A DNA stretch of 64,000 nucleotides, taken from NCBI RefSeq assembly GCF_006345805.1, contig NC_043003.1:48422001-48486000 (forward strand), read 5' to 3'. The first letter of the stretch is position 1. Each line of letters opens with the position of its first letter. The stretch comes from Octopus sinensis. Lineage: Eukaryota. The translations under genes were made by a program, and so were the position numbers. The notes under the pieces are model-generated. The model saw nothing but the letters and a program-made list of their open reading frames with translations, searched no databases and was not told the DNA's origin. Positions 38,261-49,225 of the stretch are shown here, one piece after another.

Positions 38261-38795
38261 GGGTGAAAAAAAAAGAAAAATAATTCTGAAGAGCTTCTGA
38301 ATTTGTTTGTATTTATAACAATGGGAGACAACTATATTTTCAACAAATTGTGTTTATATTTTGTTTTATTTGTCAATTTTTTTTCTAAAAAACAAAACAA
38401 TTTTTACATATTCACTGGTTGGACATATTAAAAATACAGGTATTTATACATTCATTACATAGGAATATTAAAAACAATTACGAATTTTTTTTTTGATATG
38501 TTTTTTTCAGATTTCATTCTTTCTATAAAATATTGAATTTAAAGTACCTACTTAAATTTTGTTCACATTTATATTATAAAACACATTTTCAGAAAGAATT
38601 TTAAAACTATAAAATGACCAAATGAAATATTCAAACGCAATTTACAGTATTTTGGAAAATATAAACAGTGTTTACTTCTCCAATGAGATATTACAGACAC
38701 AGGGACTGAAAAGCAGTTGAGAAGATATTGTTCTAAGTTCTTGACAGAATTGTTATGCTGAAAGTTGAATTGACTTTATTGGGGATGGTATGGGA

Positions 38796-38942
38796 TCAAT
38801 AATTAAACTGTCTGTTAAGGATTTTTGGATTTTGTTCAATGACTCCAACTAGCAGGTCATCAATATAGGACTCTAGACCGCGAATATATTGATCTTTACG
38901 AATCATTTGAGCTTTTTGGCAAATTAATCGGCTGATTAGTTC
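38796..38942 (-). CDS. RAB11FIP: Rab11 family-interacting protein (class I-like), terminal exon encoding the FIP-RBD
   Basis: Acceptor tctattttcag. Encodes ELISRLICQKAQMIRKDQYIRGLESYIDDLLVGVIEQNPKILNRQFNY*, matching the FIP-RBD signature (IR.LE.YID.LLV.V.E..P.IL). Below the ORF-track length cutoff. Confidence 0.9.
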   Translation of the reverse strand, partial: ELISRLICQKAQMIRKDQYIRGLESYIDDLLVGVIEQNPKILNRQFNY

Positions 38943-39514
38943 CTGAAAATAGAAACAGTAAACAAATTTCAATGTCTAATGACAAAAATAAAATGGTATT
39001 TTAAACATAGTGTGCAGTACAAATGGAAAATTCTTAATACATTTCCATGATGGTTAATGAATATAATATGCTTTATCTAGATAAGCCTAAATTTAATTGC
39101 ATAAAAAAAAAAACAAAAACACTTGACTAGTTCAACTCTTATACCAGCCATCATAATGTATTGTTTGGAAAATTACAGTACCTTGCTTTATTCATTGTTA
39201 TTGGCTGACTACATGGTTTACAATTACTATATGGTTGTCAGTAGTGAAAATCTGCAACCTTTAAAACAATTACTTCAATAATTAATGAATGATTTGAGAT
39301 ATTTACATATGGGAGTCACAGCTGTTCAAGTTAATAAGATATCAAGTTACTAGTCAAAGAGCTAACATTTTGTAACATGTCAGCAGCGCTGCATTGTTCA
39401 AGGCCAATGCATTAAATATTACATAGTTTCAACAAATTCAGAATACTAGTTGGTAACACAATCTCACAAACGAGGAAGTGCTTTGAAGAACCAATGTCAC
39501 ACACCTTGTTCATG

Positions 39515-39985
39515 TTGTCGTTTAACGGCCGTTTTCCATGCTAGCATGGGTTGGCCAGTTCGACCGGGTTCTGGGAAGCCAGGAGGCTGCACCAGGCTCC
39601 AGTCTGATCTGGCAGTGTTTCTACAGCTGGATGCCCTTCCTAACGCCAACCACTCAGTGAGTGTGGTGGGTGCTTTTTACGTGCCACCGGCACAGGTGCC
39701 AGGGGAGGCTGGCAACGGCTACCATCGGTTGGTGCTTTTTACATGCCACCAGCACGGAAGCCAGTCAAGGTGGTGCTGGCATCGGCCACATACGGATGGT
39801 GCTTTTTAGCTGCCAGGGTAGGCTGGTAATGGCCACGATCGGTTGGTGCTTTTCACGTGCCACCAGCACGGAAACCAGTCAAGGCGGCGCTGGCATTGGC
39901 TGCGTATGATGGTGCTTTTTACGTGCCAGGGTAGGCTGGCAACGGCCATGATTGGTTGGTGCTTTTTACATGCCACAGGCACGGA
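39515..39985 (-). mobile_element. RTE 3'-tail copy with about 4-5 internal repeat units
   Basis: gtcgtttaacggccgttttccatgctagcatggg, followed by repeated ggtgctttttacgtgccacc units. Confidence 0.85.
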
Positions 39986-39989
39986 AGGC

Positions 39990-40270
39990 AAAATAATGCA
40001 ACTGTCGTATGAAGTGGGAGGACAATATCCCAGCAAGAATTGCAATGACATGGCTACAAGCTGGTGGGAAAAGACAAAAAGGCATGCCAAAGAAAACCTG
40101 GAGATTCACTTTAAAAGATGACCTATACAGTTGTGGCACAAACTAGTTTGAAACTCCAACTCTTGCCAAGGATAGAAAAAGATAGAAGAGTATAGTGCCC
40201 TGTTGCTGTGAAGCACAAGCAACCAGATCTCCAGTTCGCTTAGCTGTAAGTGAAGAGAAATAACTCAACA
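39990..40270 (+). mobile_element. RTE-type RT C-terminal relic
   Basis: RIAMTWLQAGGKRQKGMPKKTWRFTF resembles the RTE motif R..K.AL.W.P.GKR.RGRPK.TW. Confidence 0.5.
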
Positions 40271-40845
40271 AGGATTTAAACTTGTATTGTAGATTTAACT
40301 AAACTGAGCCACATGACAACATTCATACACAATCTTGTAGGTGAGAAATCTAAAGTTGACCCTGGCAAAATTTGAACTTACAAACTTGTGAATCTGTTAA
40401 ATTTTGTGTTGTTTCATATTTCTGATATACCTGTGTGTCATTCACATTTGATTAGCAATCAAAATGTTATATGACATGATTAATGCAGTTTTCAACCCTT
40501 AATATCAATTCCAATCAGACACAAGACTAATTGGAATATAAAATTTCAAAAGTCCTGTCTGAAATGTAAAACTTCTTTTCTTCTTTGTAGCAAAATAATT
40601 TATTCAACTTTGAACTTTTTGTATTTACCATTTGTTGATGCAGATCATTGCTAGTTCCTTGAGATTATACCTTTTCACTTTTACCTAGCATAAAGATTGG
40701 ATGGAGTGGTGGGTGGATGGAGGACAAGTCATAGATGATTGCATTGCATCACCTGTACACATTGAGGAGCACTTTATTTTATTGACTTCAAAAGAATAAA
40801 AATCCTTGGTAGGATTTGAACTCAGAATATACAGTAAGATAATTA

Positions 40846-41413
40846 CGAGGGTGGGTCAAAAAGTAATGTCATTTTGTTTTGGACAGGTATAATTACCAAC
40901 ACAGGAACATGTATCATACATCAAAATGAAGCTGGTCCTCTGTGGATCACATCCCTATTTCTCAACATTGTCACTGTTTCTCTCAATAACAATGTTTCAC
41001 CTTCGAATGAGAGCATGTATCCTTGCCCCGTAAAATTCTGTTGACTGTTCTTTGAGCCACTTCTTCACTACAGTTTTCACTTCCTCATCACTGGAATAAT
41101 TTAGCGCCTTCAGACTATCATCTCTTCGGCCCCATGAAAGAGAGTTTGAGAGGCAAACATTATTCCAGTGATGAGGAAGTGAAAACTGTAGTGAAGAAGT
41201 GGCTCAAAGAACAGTCAACAGAATTTTATGGGGCAGGGATACATGTTCTCATTCGAAGGTAGAACGTTGCTATTGAGAGAAAGGGTGACTATGTTGAAAA
41301 GTAGGGATGTGATCCACAGAGGACCAGCTTCATTTTGATGTATGAGACATGTTCCTTTATTGGTAATTATATCTGTCCTAAACAAAATGGCATTACTTTT
41401 TGACTCACCCTCG
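40846..41413. mobile_element. Mariner-derived fold-back element built from two inverted transposase 3' ends (255-bp arms), TA TSD
   Basis: Termini TA|cgagggtgggtcaaaaagtaatg ... cattactttttgactcaccctcg|TA. 40846-41100 is approximately the reverse complement of 41159-41413. The right part encodes LAPSDYHLFGPMKESLRGKHYSSDEEVK...KGDYVEK*. Confidence 0.9.
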
Positions 41414-41646
41414 TAAATAATATAAAGCGTTTGTTCTGATGCTCTACTGTCTTGGCCAGTTCCTAAGCTTTGCTATTGGTTTAACGTGGTTTCTCTTGAA
41501 AAGCACAAAGCCCAACACATATTTAGAGAAAGGTGAATGAGCTATTTGGACATTCAGATGGGTAGTTACATCTTATTCTACAATGTTATCAAATTAATAA
41601 CGAACAATTAAATTAGCCAGGTTGCCCCTTACAAAGTATTTCTTAC

Positions 41647-41798
41647 CTCTTTATTCATGCTCCGGTATAGGCTTACCAAATCTTCGGATTTGAGAAGATT
41701 GTCAGAACCATAGCCAGGTAAAATTTCTGAGTAGTCTGTGAGTCTTCCATCAAAGCTAATTGATATCGGTCGTTTCTTTAATCCAGGAATGTGAAGTT
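41647..41798 (-). CDS. RAB11FIP: Rab11-FIP penultimate exon (152 nt)
   Basis: Acceptor ttgttgtgtag, donor gtaaga. Encodes ELHIPGLKKRPISISFDGRLTDYSEILPGYGSDNLLKSEDLVSLYRSMNKE. Phase 1 in, phase 0 out. YRSM..EEL continues into the RBD. Confidence 0.85.
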
Positions 41799-42708
41799 CT
41801 ACACAACAAAATTTGGATAAAAGACCAATGATTTACAATATAAAATTAACAATAACAACAAAATCAAAACAGCTTTATTAACCCTTTCACTGTGAAATTA
41901 AATTTCATGGTTATTCCAGTAATGATGCTGAATATCTACGAAAAATAGAATTGGTATTTTCTGCAAGTCACAATGCCTCAGTAGACTCAATGTATCTGAA
42001 CAGTAAGTAGTTTCAACAAAAGATAGACTGGTGTATAAAACTACTTTCCCCAGTTAAATTTGAGTAGATATATCTGCTTTCTGCAGTAAAAACGTTAAAA
42101 TATTATTTTTTATAAAAAATTCAAAACTTTTTTTTTATTAGGTTCTTCATTATTTTCTTTCTGAAAGTAATTAAAATGCTAACAAATATGAATGTTGATA
42201 GTAAAATAAATTTAGCTTCTTAGAAAAAGAAAATTGTAAATATCTATGTTAAGTTAAATATTTTCCCAGTGAATGTAAGATATATCACTGTGCTCTATCT
42301 AATGGAAGTGTTTCTTAACTGCTTAATGCCTGAAAAAGAAAACTGAGATAAGCTCTAGAATATCATAGCACTATCTGGTTGCAGTAATAGATAGAAGAAA
42401 AAAAAAAAAGAAAAAGAAAAAAACCGAGAAGCTATAAATAAGAGCTACTCTAGTCTCTGTAAGTTTGACTATTTATCTTAGTGTACTACAGGTATCATAG
42501 TTTGGGAAAATTCTAGATAGTAAGAATTTGTGTAATAGGAGATAGTTACAAAATAAATAGGGAGATAAACCTGTGTTTATATAATGCAACACTGTATTTT
42601 CTGCATTGTACAGAATTTTCATAATGATTTATTTCATACAAAACACATTATTTAAAAAAATAATAGGAGTGATAATGACTTATTAATTAGTTCCATAAAA
42701 GTACTTAC

Positions 42709-43458
42709 CTGGATGTTTAGAGTTAAAATCCAAATCAGTTCGTCTTTGATCTCTATACAAGCTATTTACATCTTTCTCATCAAAAAAGTCCCTTTGGGAA
42801 GAATTTGAACCAAGTGAGTTAACCTTAGAATCTAACCCTAAGTGTGTCCTGGGATGCATTAAAGGTATTTTAGTATTAAAATTATTGTTTGAGTTTAGTT
42901 TGAAGGCATCCTCTTGCAGCTTCTTGAGTGTAACTCTGCTTTCTTCACCATCAGGCTCGGAGTCTGCATCTTGGTCACAGTCGTAGGCATTATACTTTCT
43001 TATTCGTCTTTGTCTTCGTTTAACTTTTGGCTGAACAATGGAAGAAGCAGCCTCCTTGATAAAATCCCTTACAGCAGAGTTTTCAGGAAGATGTGTCTGA
43101 GGGTTGTCTGAGCTTCCAATTGCAATGCATGAGGACGGGCGTAGTTTGACACGTGGTGGCTGATCCCATGACTTTCTGTACGTGACACTTGTTTCTAGGG
43201 AGTGATTTACACCATTAGCACCATTTATTACACTCTCGGTGAAATTCTGCCGTGGATTCGGATTAATTGAGGAAGTGATGTTGTCAGTTTCTGTAATATT
43301 TTTTCTACTATAACCATTCTCTTCTGCAATTGGACTCTGATACAATGCAGAAAAACTTGCAGTTGTAATCTTGGGTAACGTGTAAGATTTAGTGACAACT
43401 TGGTCTTTTGTTGTTGATGCAATGTTTTCTAAAGATTTGTGGATTGCTTTTGTATTGT
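42709..43458 (-). CDS. RAB11FIP: Rab11-FIP large central exon (750 nt, Ser/Thr/Asn-rich linker)
   Basis: Lies within ORF 42683-43507. Acceptor tttctccattag, donor gtaagt. Phase 1/1, compatible with both neighbouring exons. Confidence 0.85.
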
Positions 43459-43689
43459 CTAATGGAGAAAGAAGGGAAATAATTAATGGATAACATAAAT
43501 GTATCATATATAAGAAAACAAAATAATTCTTTGATGCAGAGGTGAAGAATTATGGAATAATATATAACCTGTCATGTCTTTAGTTTACTTTTAGTTATTA
43601 AAAGCTTTTAGTCAAGAAGTATCCTTCTGTATTTGCCTAACATATTCAATGCCATTTGTAATAACGTTCAATATTCTTTTCTACTCTAG

Positions 43690-43830
43690 GCACAAGGCCT
43701 GAAATGTTTTGGGAGGGGGTCAGTCGATTAGATCGACCCCAGTACACAACTGGTACTTAATTTATCAACCCCGAAAGGACAAAAGGCAAGGTTGACCTAG
43801 GTGGAATTTGAACTCAGAACATAAAGACAG
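43690..43830 (-). mobile_element. SINE, family B
   Basis: gtcgattagatcgaccccagtac.caactggtacttaatttatc.accccgaaagga. Confidence 0.75.
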
Positions 43831-43989
43831 CCCTAAAATATTATTAGTTCTTACAACTGCTTGCATGATGGTAGTACTCATTTACAACTGCCATAAGGAG
43901 ATACCAACATATACACACCCATACACACCCATGCACACACAAACACACACACACACCACACACACACACACATTTGAAACTCAAGATGT

Positions 43990-44300
43990 AGAAGAGAAGT
44001 GTATATGGATGCACATTAGCACTTAGTGATTCTGAAAAGAAAGAGGCATGGAAGTGCTACTATGAAAGGCTGCTGAATGTGGAGAATGCAGGGGGAGAAA
44101 GAGAGTCTATCTAAAGCTAGTTGATAGCAGTATGATAGATGAAGCAATTAAAGATATGAAGTGAAGGAAAGCCACTGATCCATGAGGAATTACAGCTGAG
44201 TTACTTGAGATATCTGGCAGAGTGGGATATGGCCTAGTCAACTGTATAATTGATCTGATTGTACAGAAAGGTATCACACCCAATGGCTGGTACAATATAG
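43990..44300 (+). mobile_element. Internal fragment of the same RTE family as 9720-12357
   Basis: Homologous to 10340-10660 (tatgaaagg.tgct.aatg..gaga...gagaaagagagt; gat.aagcaattaa). Confidence 0.7.
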
Positions 44301-44478
44301 ATGCAGACATAGCTTTGTGGTTAAGAAGGTTGTTTTGCAACAGTGAGGTTTCAGGTTCAGTACCAGAACAAAGTACCATTGGTAAGTGTCTTCTACTATA
44401 ACGTTGGGCCGACCAAAGCCTTGAGCGGATTTGGTAGACGGTAACAGAAAGAAGCCTGTTGAATACATACATACATAA

Positions 44479-44837
44479 CAAAATAAGCAACAAGATATCA
44501 AGAAGTGATGCAGTACGACTGTTTCAAGCGGCTCCATTTAATTGAACAATGCAATCATTACATCAATTTAAATGCAGAGCTATCATCAGCAGCACAAATA
44601 AATATAATTTTAATTAGTTGGACACATTAATATAATTTTACTCAAATAGCGACAACATGGATTTCTTCCATCTTCTTAGACTGTTAAAGTATTTGAGCAA
44701 AATTATATTAATGTGTCTGACTGATTAAAATTCTATTTATTTATTTAAATTGATGTAATGATTGCATTGTTCATTTAAATGGAGCTGCTTGAAACAGTTG
44801 TACTGCATCATTTCTTGATATCTTGTTGGTTATTTTG
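44479..44837. mobile_element. Fold-back element/MITE with ~150-170-bp arms, termini CAAAATAA...TTATTTTG
   Basis: 44479-44648 is approximately the reverse complement of 44690-44837. The left arm carries a ~20-nt insertion. Spacer 41 bp. Confidence 0.85.
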
Positions 44838-45549
44838 ATTTTATTCACCTTACTTCTGGACTGACTTGGTGCTTCAACTTCAGTACTTAATTCAACTGTG
44901 CCAGATCTGACTGGGCCTGACGAAGCCTTCCAGCTTCACAGACCCCAGTTGACCCGTCCAATCCCATGCTAGCATGGAAAGCGGATGCTAAATGATGATG
45001 ATGATGATATATATATATATATATATATATGTATTTGTGTGTCTGTGTTTGTCCCCCCACCATTGCTTGACAACCAATGTTGGTGTATTTACTTCCCCGT
45101 AACTTAGTGGTTTGGCAAAAGAGACTGATAGAATAAGTACCAGGCTTACAAAGAATAAGTCCTGGGGTTGATTTGTTTGACTAAAGGCTGTGCTCCAGCA
45201 TGGCCACTGTCAAATGACTGAAACAAGTAAAAGAATAAATAAATAAATAAAATTCACTAGTAATTTCAGTATTAATAATTAGTGTGGTAAGAAGCTTGCT
45301 TCCCAACCAAATGGTTCTGAGTTCAGTTCCACTGTGTAGTACCTTGAGCAAATGTTTTCTACTATAACATCAGGCCAACCAAAGCCTTATGAGTAGATTT
45401 GGTAGACAGAAGCTGAAAGAAGCCTATCATATATATTTATATATTGGAGTCTGGTGCAGTCATCTAGTTCGCCAGGCCTAAGTCAAATCGTCCAACCCAT
45501 GCTAGCATGGAAAGCAGATGTTAAACAATGATGATGATGATATATATAT

Positions 45550-46057
45550 ATTAAGAGATAACAAAAGTGACAGAGTGTACTGACTAGCATTGCTTTTGCT
45601 AAAGATAAGAGTTAAAATAATTCAAAAGCCACAAACACACTGTCTTAATGACTGACAAAAGGAGGTAAGTCCCCAGTGTACATAGCTAGCTCGTGATTTC
45701 ACATTTTGATGTAGACCATATTAATCCTAATCAGCAGCTCTTGATGCCTAGGGTTAACCTCAACCACCTCTGTCATTTTTACCGTTTTGAAAATCAGCAC
45801 ATGTTTTCAATAGTTTTTCTTATAAGACTGACAGAGGTAGTTGAGTCTAAAGCTAGGTTTTAAGAACCGCTGATGAGTATTAAGATGGTCTACATCAAAG
45901 ATCTGAAATTATGATCTGGCTATGTACACTGGGGACTTACCTCCCTTTGTCAGTCATTAAGACAGTGCATTTGTGGCTTTTGAGTTATTTTAACTCTTAT
46001 CTTTAGCAAAAGCAGTGTTAGTCAGCACTCTCTGTCACGTTTGTGACCTCTATTAAT
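45550..46057. mobile_element. Fold-back element with ~225-bp arms
   Basis: 45550-45775 is approximately the reverse complement of 45829-46057 (e.g. aggtaagtccccagtgtacatagc / gctatgtacactggggacttacct). Spacer 53 bp. Confidence 0.9.
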
Positions 46058-46120
46058 TTTGCCCTTAGGTTCCAATTACTGATAACCAATATATATATAT
46101 ATATATATATAGATACACAT

Positions 46121-46168
<48 letters not shown>

Positions 46169-47709
46169 ATGTGTATCTTTGTATCTGTGCCCTACCATTG
46201 CTTAACAACCGATGTTGGTGTGTATACGCCCCCATAACTTGGCGGTTTAACAAAAGAGACCAATAGAATAAGTACCAGGCTTACAAAGAAAAATTCCTGG
46301 GGTCAATTTCTATGACTAAAAACCCCTTATGGTGGGGCTCCAGCATGGCCACAGTCAAATGACTGAAACAGGTAGAGGAATAAAAGAATAAAAGAAAATT
46401 GCTGTAATCTCACAAAAATTTTTGCTTTTCCAATTATTAAAGAAATCTATTCGCTTAGCTTCACACTAGTTTGCTGAATACTTTGTCATTCTATACCATT
46501 ACCAGTCCCCATTTTTGTCAAGGTAATATATGTCATCTTTCTTGAATAACATAATTCTTAAGTCTTTGGTAATCCTGTTCCCTCATGTTTTCCCTTCAGC
46601 GATTAATATTTAAAAAAAAAAAAAAAACTGGTTTTAATCAACTGCATTAAATTAGTCAAAATTCCTTACATTCCATTCATATTCCCCTCCTGAAATTAGA
46701 TAAGTGTAGAGATTGAACATAGCCATTGGTGCCTGGAATACACTTTCCCCCCCAACCCCACACACAACCACTGTCACCATGAACTCCATCACCACCATGA
46801 CGCCCACCACCACCACCACCATCACCACCACCTTTGCCTCTCAAGCTTTTAAGGATAAGACAACAAAATACTAGTCAAGTACTGAGGTCAGTGATATGAA
46901 CTAATCAAACCCCTGAAATTTCAGGTTTCAGCATATATGAAAAACAATTGTATCACTAAACTGATTCATGGTATTTTGTCCATCTTTATGTTCTAAGTTC
47001 AAATTTGGCCGAGGTGGTCTTTGCCTTTAATCTTTTCAGGGCCGATAAAATAAGTATCAGTTGAGCACTGGGGTGGGGGGTGGGGGGTTGATGTAACTGA
47101 TTATCCCCCTCCCCCAAATTTCAGGGATTGTGCCTATAGTACAAAGGATTATTATCACAATAATTTTACTATGTCCTTGAATTTCTTTGTGCCATGTTCT
47201 AGAAAATAACATTCTTTCCACATTTCCATTTAACAAAATTTTGGCCTTCTAGAATAAAAGCAAAATATATTATTATTTTTTTTATTAAGGCACAGATGTG
47301 GGTGCATGGGTTAGAAACTTGCTTCCCAGCCATGTGGTTTTGGGTTCAATCTCACTGTGCATCACCTTGGGCAAGTGTCTTCTATTACAGCCCCAGTTCG
47401 ATCAAAGCCTTCAGAGTAGATATGGCAGACACAAACAAAGAATCCTGTCATAATCATCGCCTGTCATCGTCGTCATCAATATTTAATGCCTATTTTCCAT
47501 GCTGGTATGGGTTAGACAGATTAATAGGGGTTGGCTAGCTAGAGAGCTGTCCAGACTCTAGTTGTCTGTTTTGGCAAGGCTTCAACAGCTGGATGCCCTT
47601 CCTAATGCCAACCACTTTATAGAGTGTGCTGGGTGACTTTTACACACCACTGACAGATTTTCTAAAGAATTCAACGCCAGCGCTGCAAGTTATGACAGTT
47701 CATAAACAA

Positions 47710-48270
47710 ATACATCTAGATGTGTTCATTTATGAAACATTGTAACTTGCAGAACTGTTGCTAAATCCCATAGAAAATCTATAAACTTAAAAGTGAGAAT
47801 ATTGCACTGCTAACACAAGGTAGGAAACAATATTGACATGTAAACCTGTAACATACTTGGTAGCATATTATGGTTACAAAACGAAATAATGTGTCCTGGT
47901 TAGTAAAATAAAATATTTGGTGTATCCAATTGTCTTACACAACTAAACTTAGTGGGTATTTAAGTAAAGTGTTTGTGTTCATGGATAGCTGATGGGTTAG
48001 ATGAAGTTTTGATGAAGGGACAATAAGCTTTGAAATATGCATTTATTGCCACTACCAATATTTTCTATCTCCAATCGTATTGTTTACATAGATGTATTTG
48101 TTTACAAAACATTGTAACTTTCAATGTTGGCTCTAAACTCTACAGAAAAATCTATAGAGATAAACTTAAAAGTGAGAATATTGCACTGGTATCTCAAAAA
48201 GTAAGAAACAATATTGACTTGCAAATCTGTAACATACTTGGTAGTATATTATGGTTGCAAAACAAAATAC
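47710..48270. repeat. Diverged direct duplication (~180 bp, period ~375 bp)
   Basis: taaacttaaaagtgagaatattgcactg...aacaatattgac...tgtaacatacttggtag occurs at both 47710-47890 and 48082-48270. Confidence 0.8.
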
Positions 48271-48647
48271 TGTATCTTTGCCAACAATTAATACTGTAGG
48301 GAATAAAAACTCATGACTTAAAGGTTTGGTCTCTGTTTAGTTACATATTTAGGAGTTGGTCATTGATTTATTTATTAAATTTAGTTACCGATACTGTTGT
48401 ATATAGTGCAAATGTGTTTGAAAGTTGTGGTTTCTTTTGTATGTTTGTTCCTAAGCAACACTTATTTTAGTGCTGTTGACACCGCTGGCTTGAATGGTAC
48501 CACCCAGGTGTCGAAACCATAATGATATTCGTAGAGCAGCTGATGATGGAGGTATGTTGGATTGTTGGTATGGCTGTTTTTGTAAATGTGGAATAGTATT
48601 ATAACACATCTTTTTGATATAAATATATATATATATATATATATCTC

Positions 48648-48970
48648 CTGGCACTCTGTCAGTTATGACGATGAAGGTTCCAGTTGATCTGATCACTGGA
48701 ACAGCCTGCTCAAGAAATTAATGTGAAAGTGGCTGAGCACTCCACAGACATGTGTATCCTTAATGTAGTTCTCAGGGAGATTCAACATGACACAGAATGC
48801 GACAAGACTGGCCCTTTGAAATACAGGTACTACTCATTTTCGTCAGCTAAATGGGCAGGAACAATGAGAAATAAAGTGTCTTGCTCAAGGACACAATGTG
48901 TAGCTGGGAATTGAACTCATGACCTTGTAATCACAAGCCAAATACCCTAACCACCAAGCCACCTGCCTTC
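48648..48970 (-). mobile_element. SINE, family C (CORE-like)
   Basis: ggcactctgtcagttatgacg...aataaagtgtcttgctcaaggacac...gggaattgaactc. Confidence 0.8.
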
Positions 48971-49004
48971 ACGTGTGGGTGTGTTTGTGTGTGCGTGTGT
49001 GTGG

Positions 49005-49225
49005 TAAGATGGCAAGTTAGCAGAATCGTTAGCTCGTCAGACAAAAATGCTTAGCGACATTTCTTCCATCATTACATTCTGAACTCAAATTCTGTGGCTG
49101 TTGATTTTGCCTTTCTATCCTTTCAAAGTTGATAAAATAAGCACCAGTTAAGCACTGAAGTTGATGTAATCGACCAACTACCATTCTCTGAACTTGCTGG
49201 CCTTGTGCCAAAATTTGAAACCAAA
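49005..49225 (+). mobile_element. SINE, family B
   Basis: ggcaagttagcagaatcgttagc...gattttgcctttctatcctttc..gttgataaaataagcaccagtt. Confidence 0.7.

Noticed and set aside
40140-40245. Minus-strand acceptor-like site suggesting an extra Rab11-FIP exon
   Set aside because: No good donor. The region is better explained as a plus-strand RTE C-terminal relic, and the flanking exons already join in phase with continuous RBD homology.
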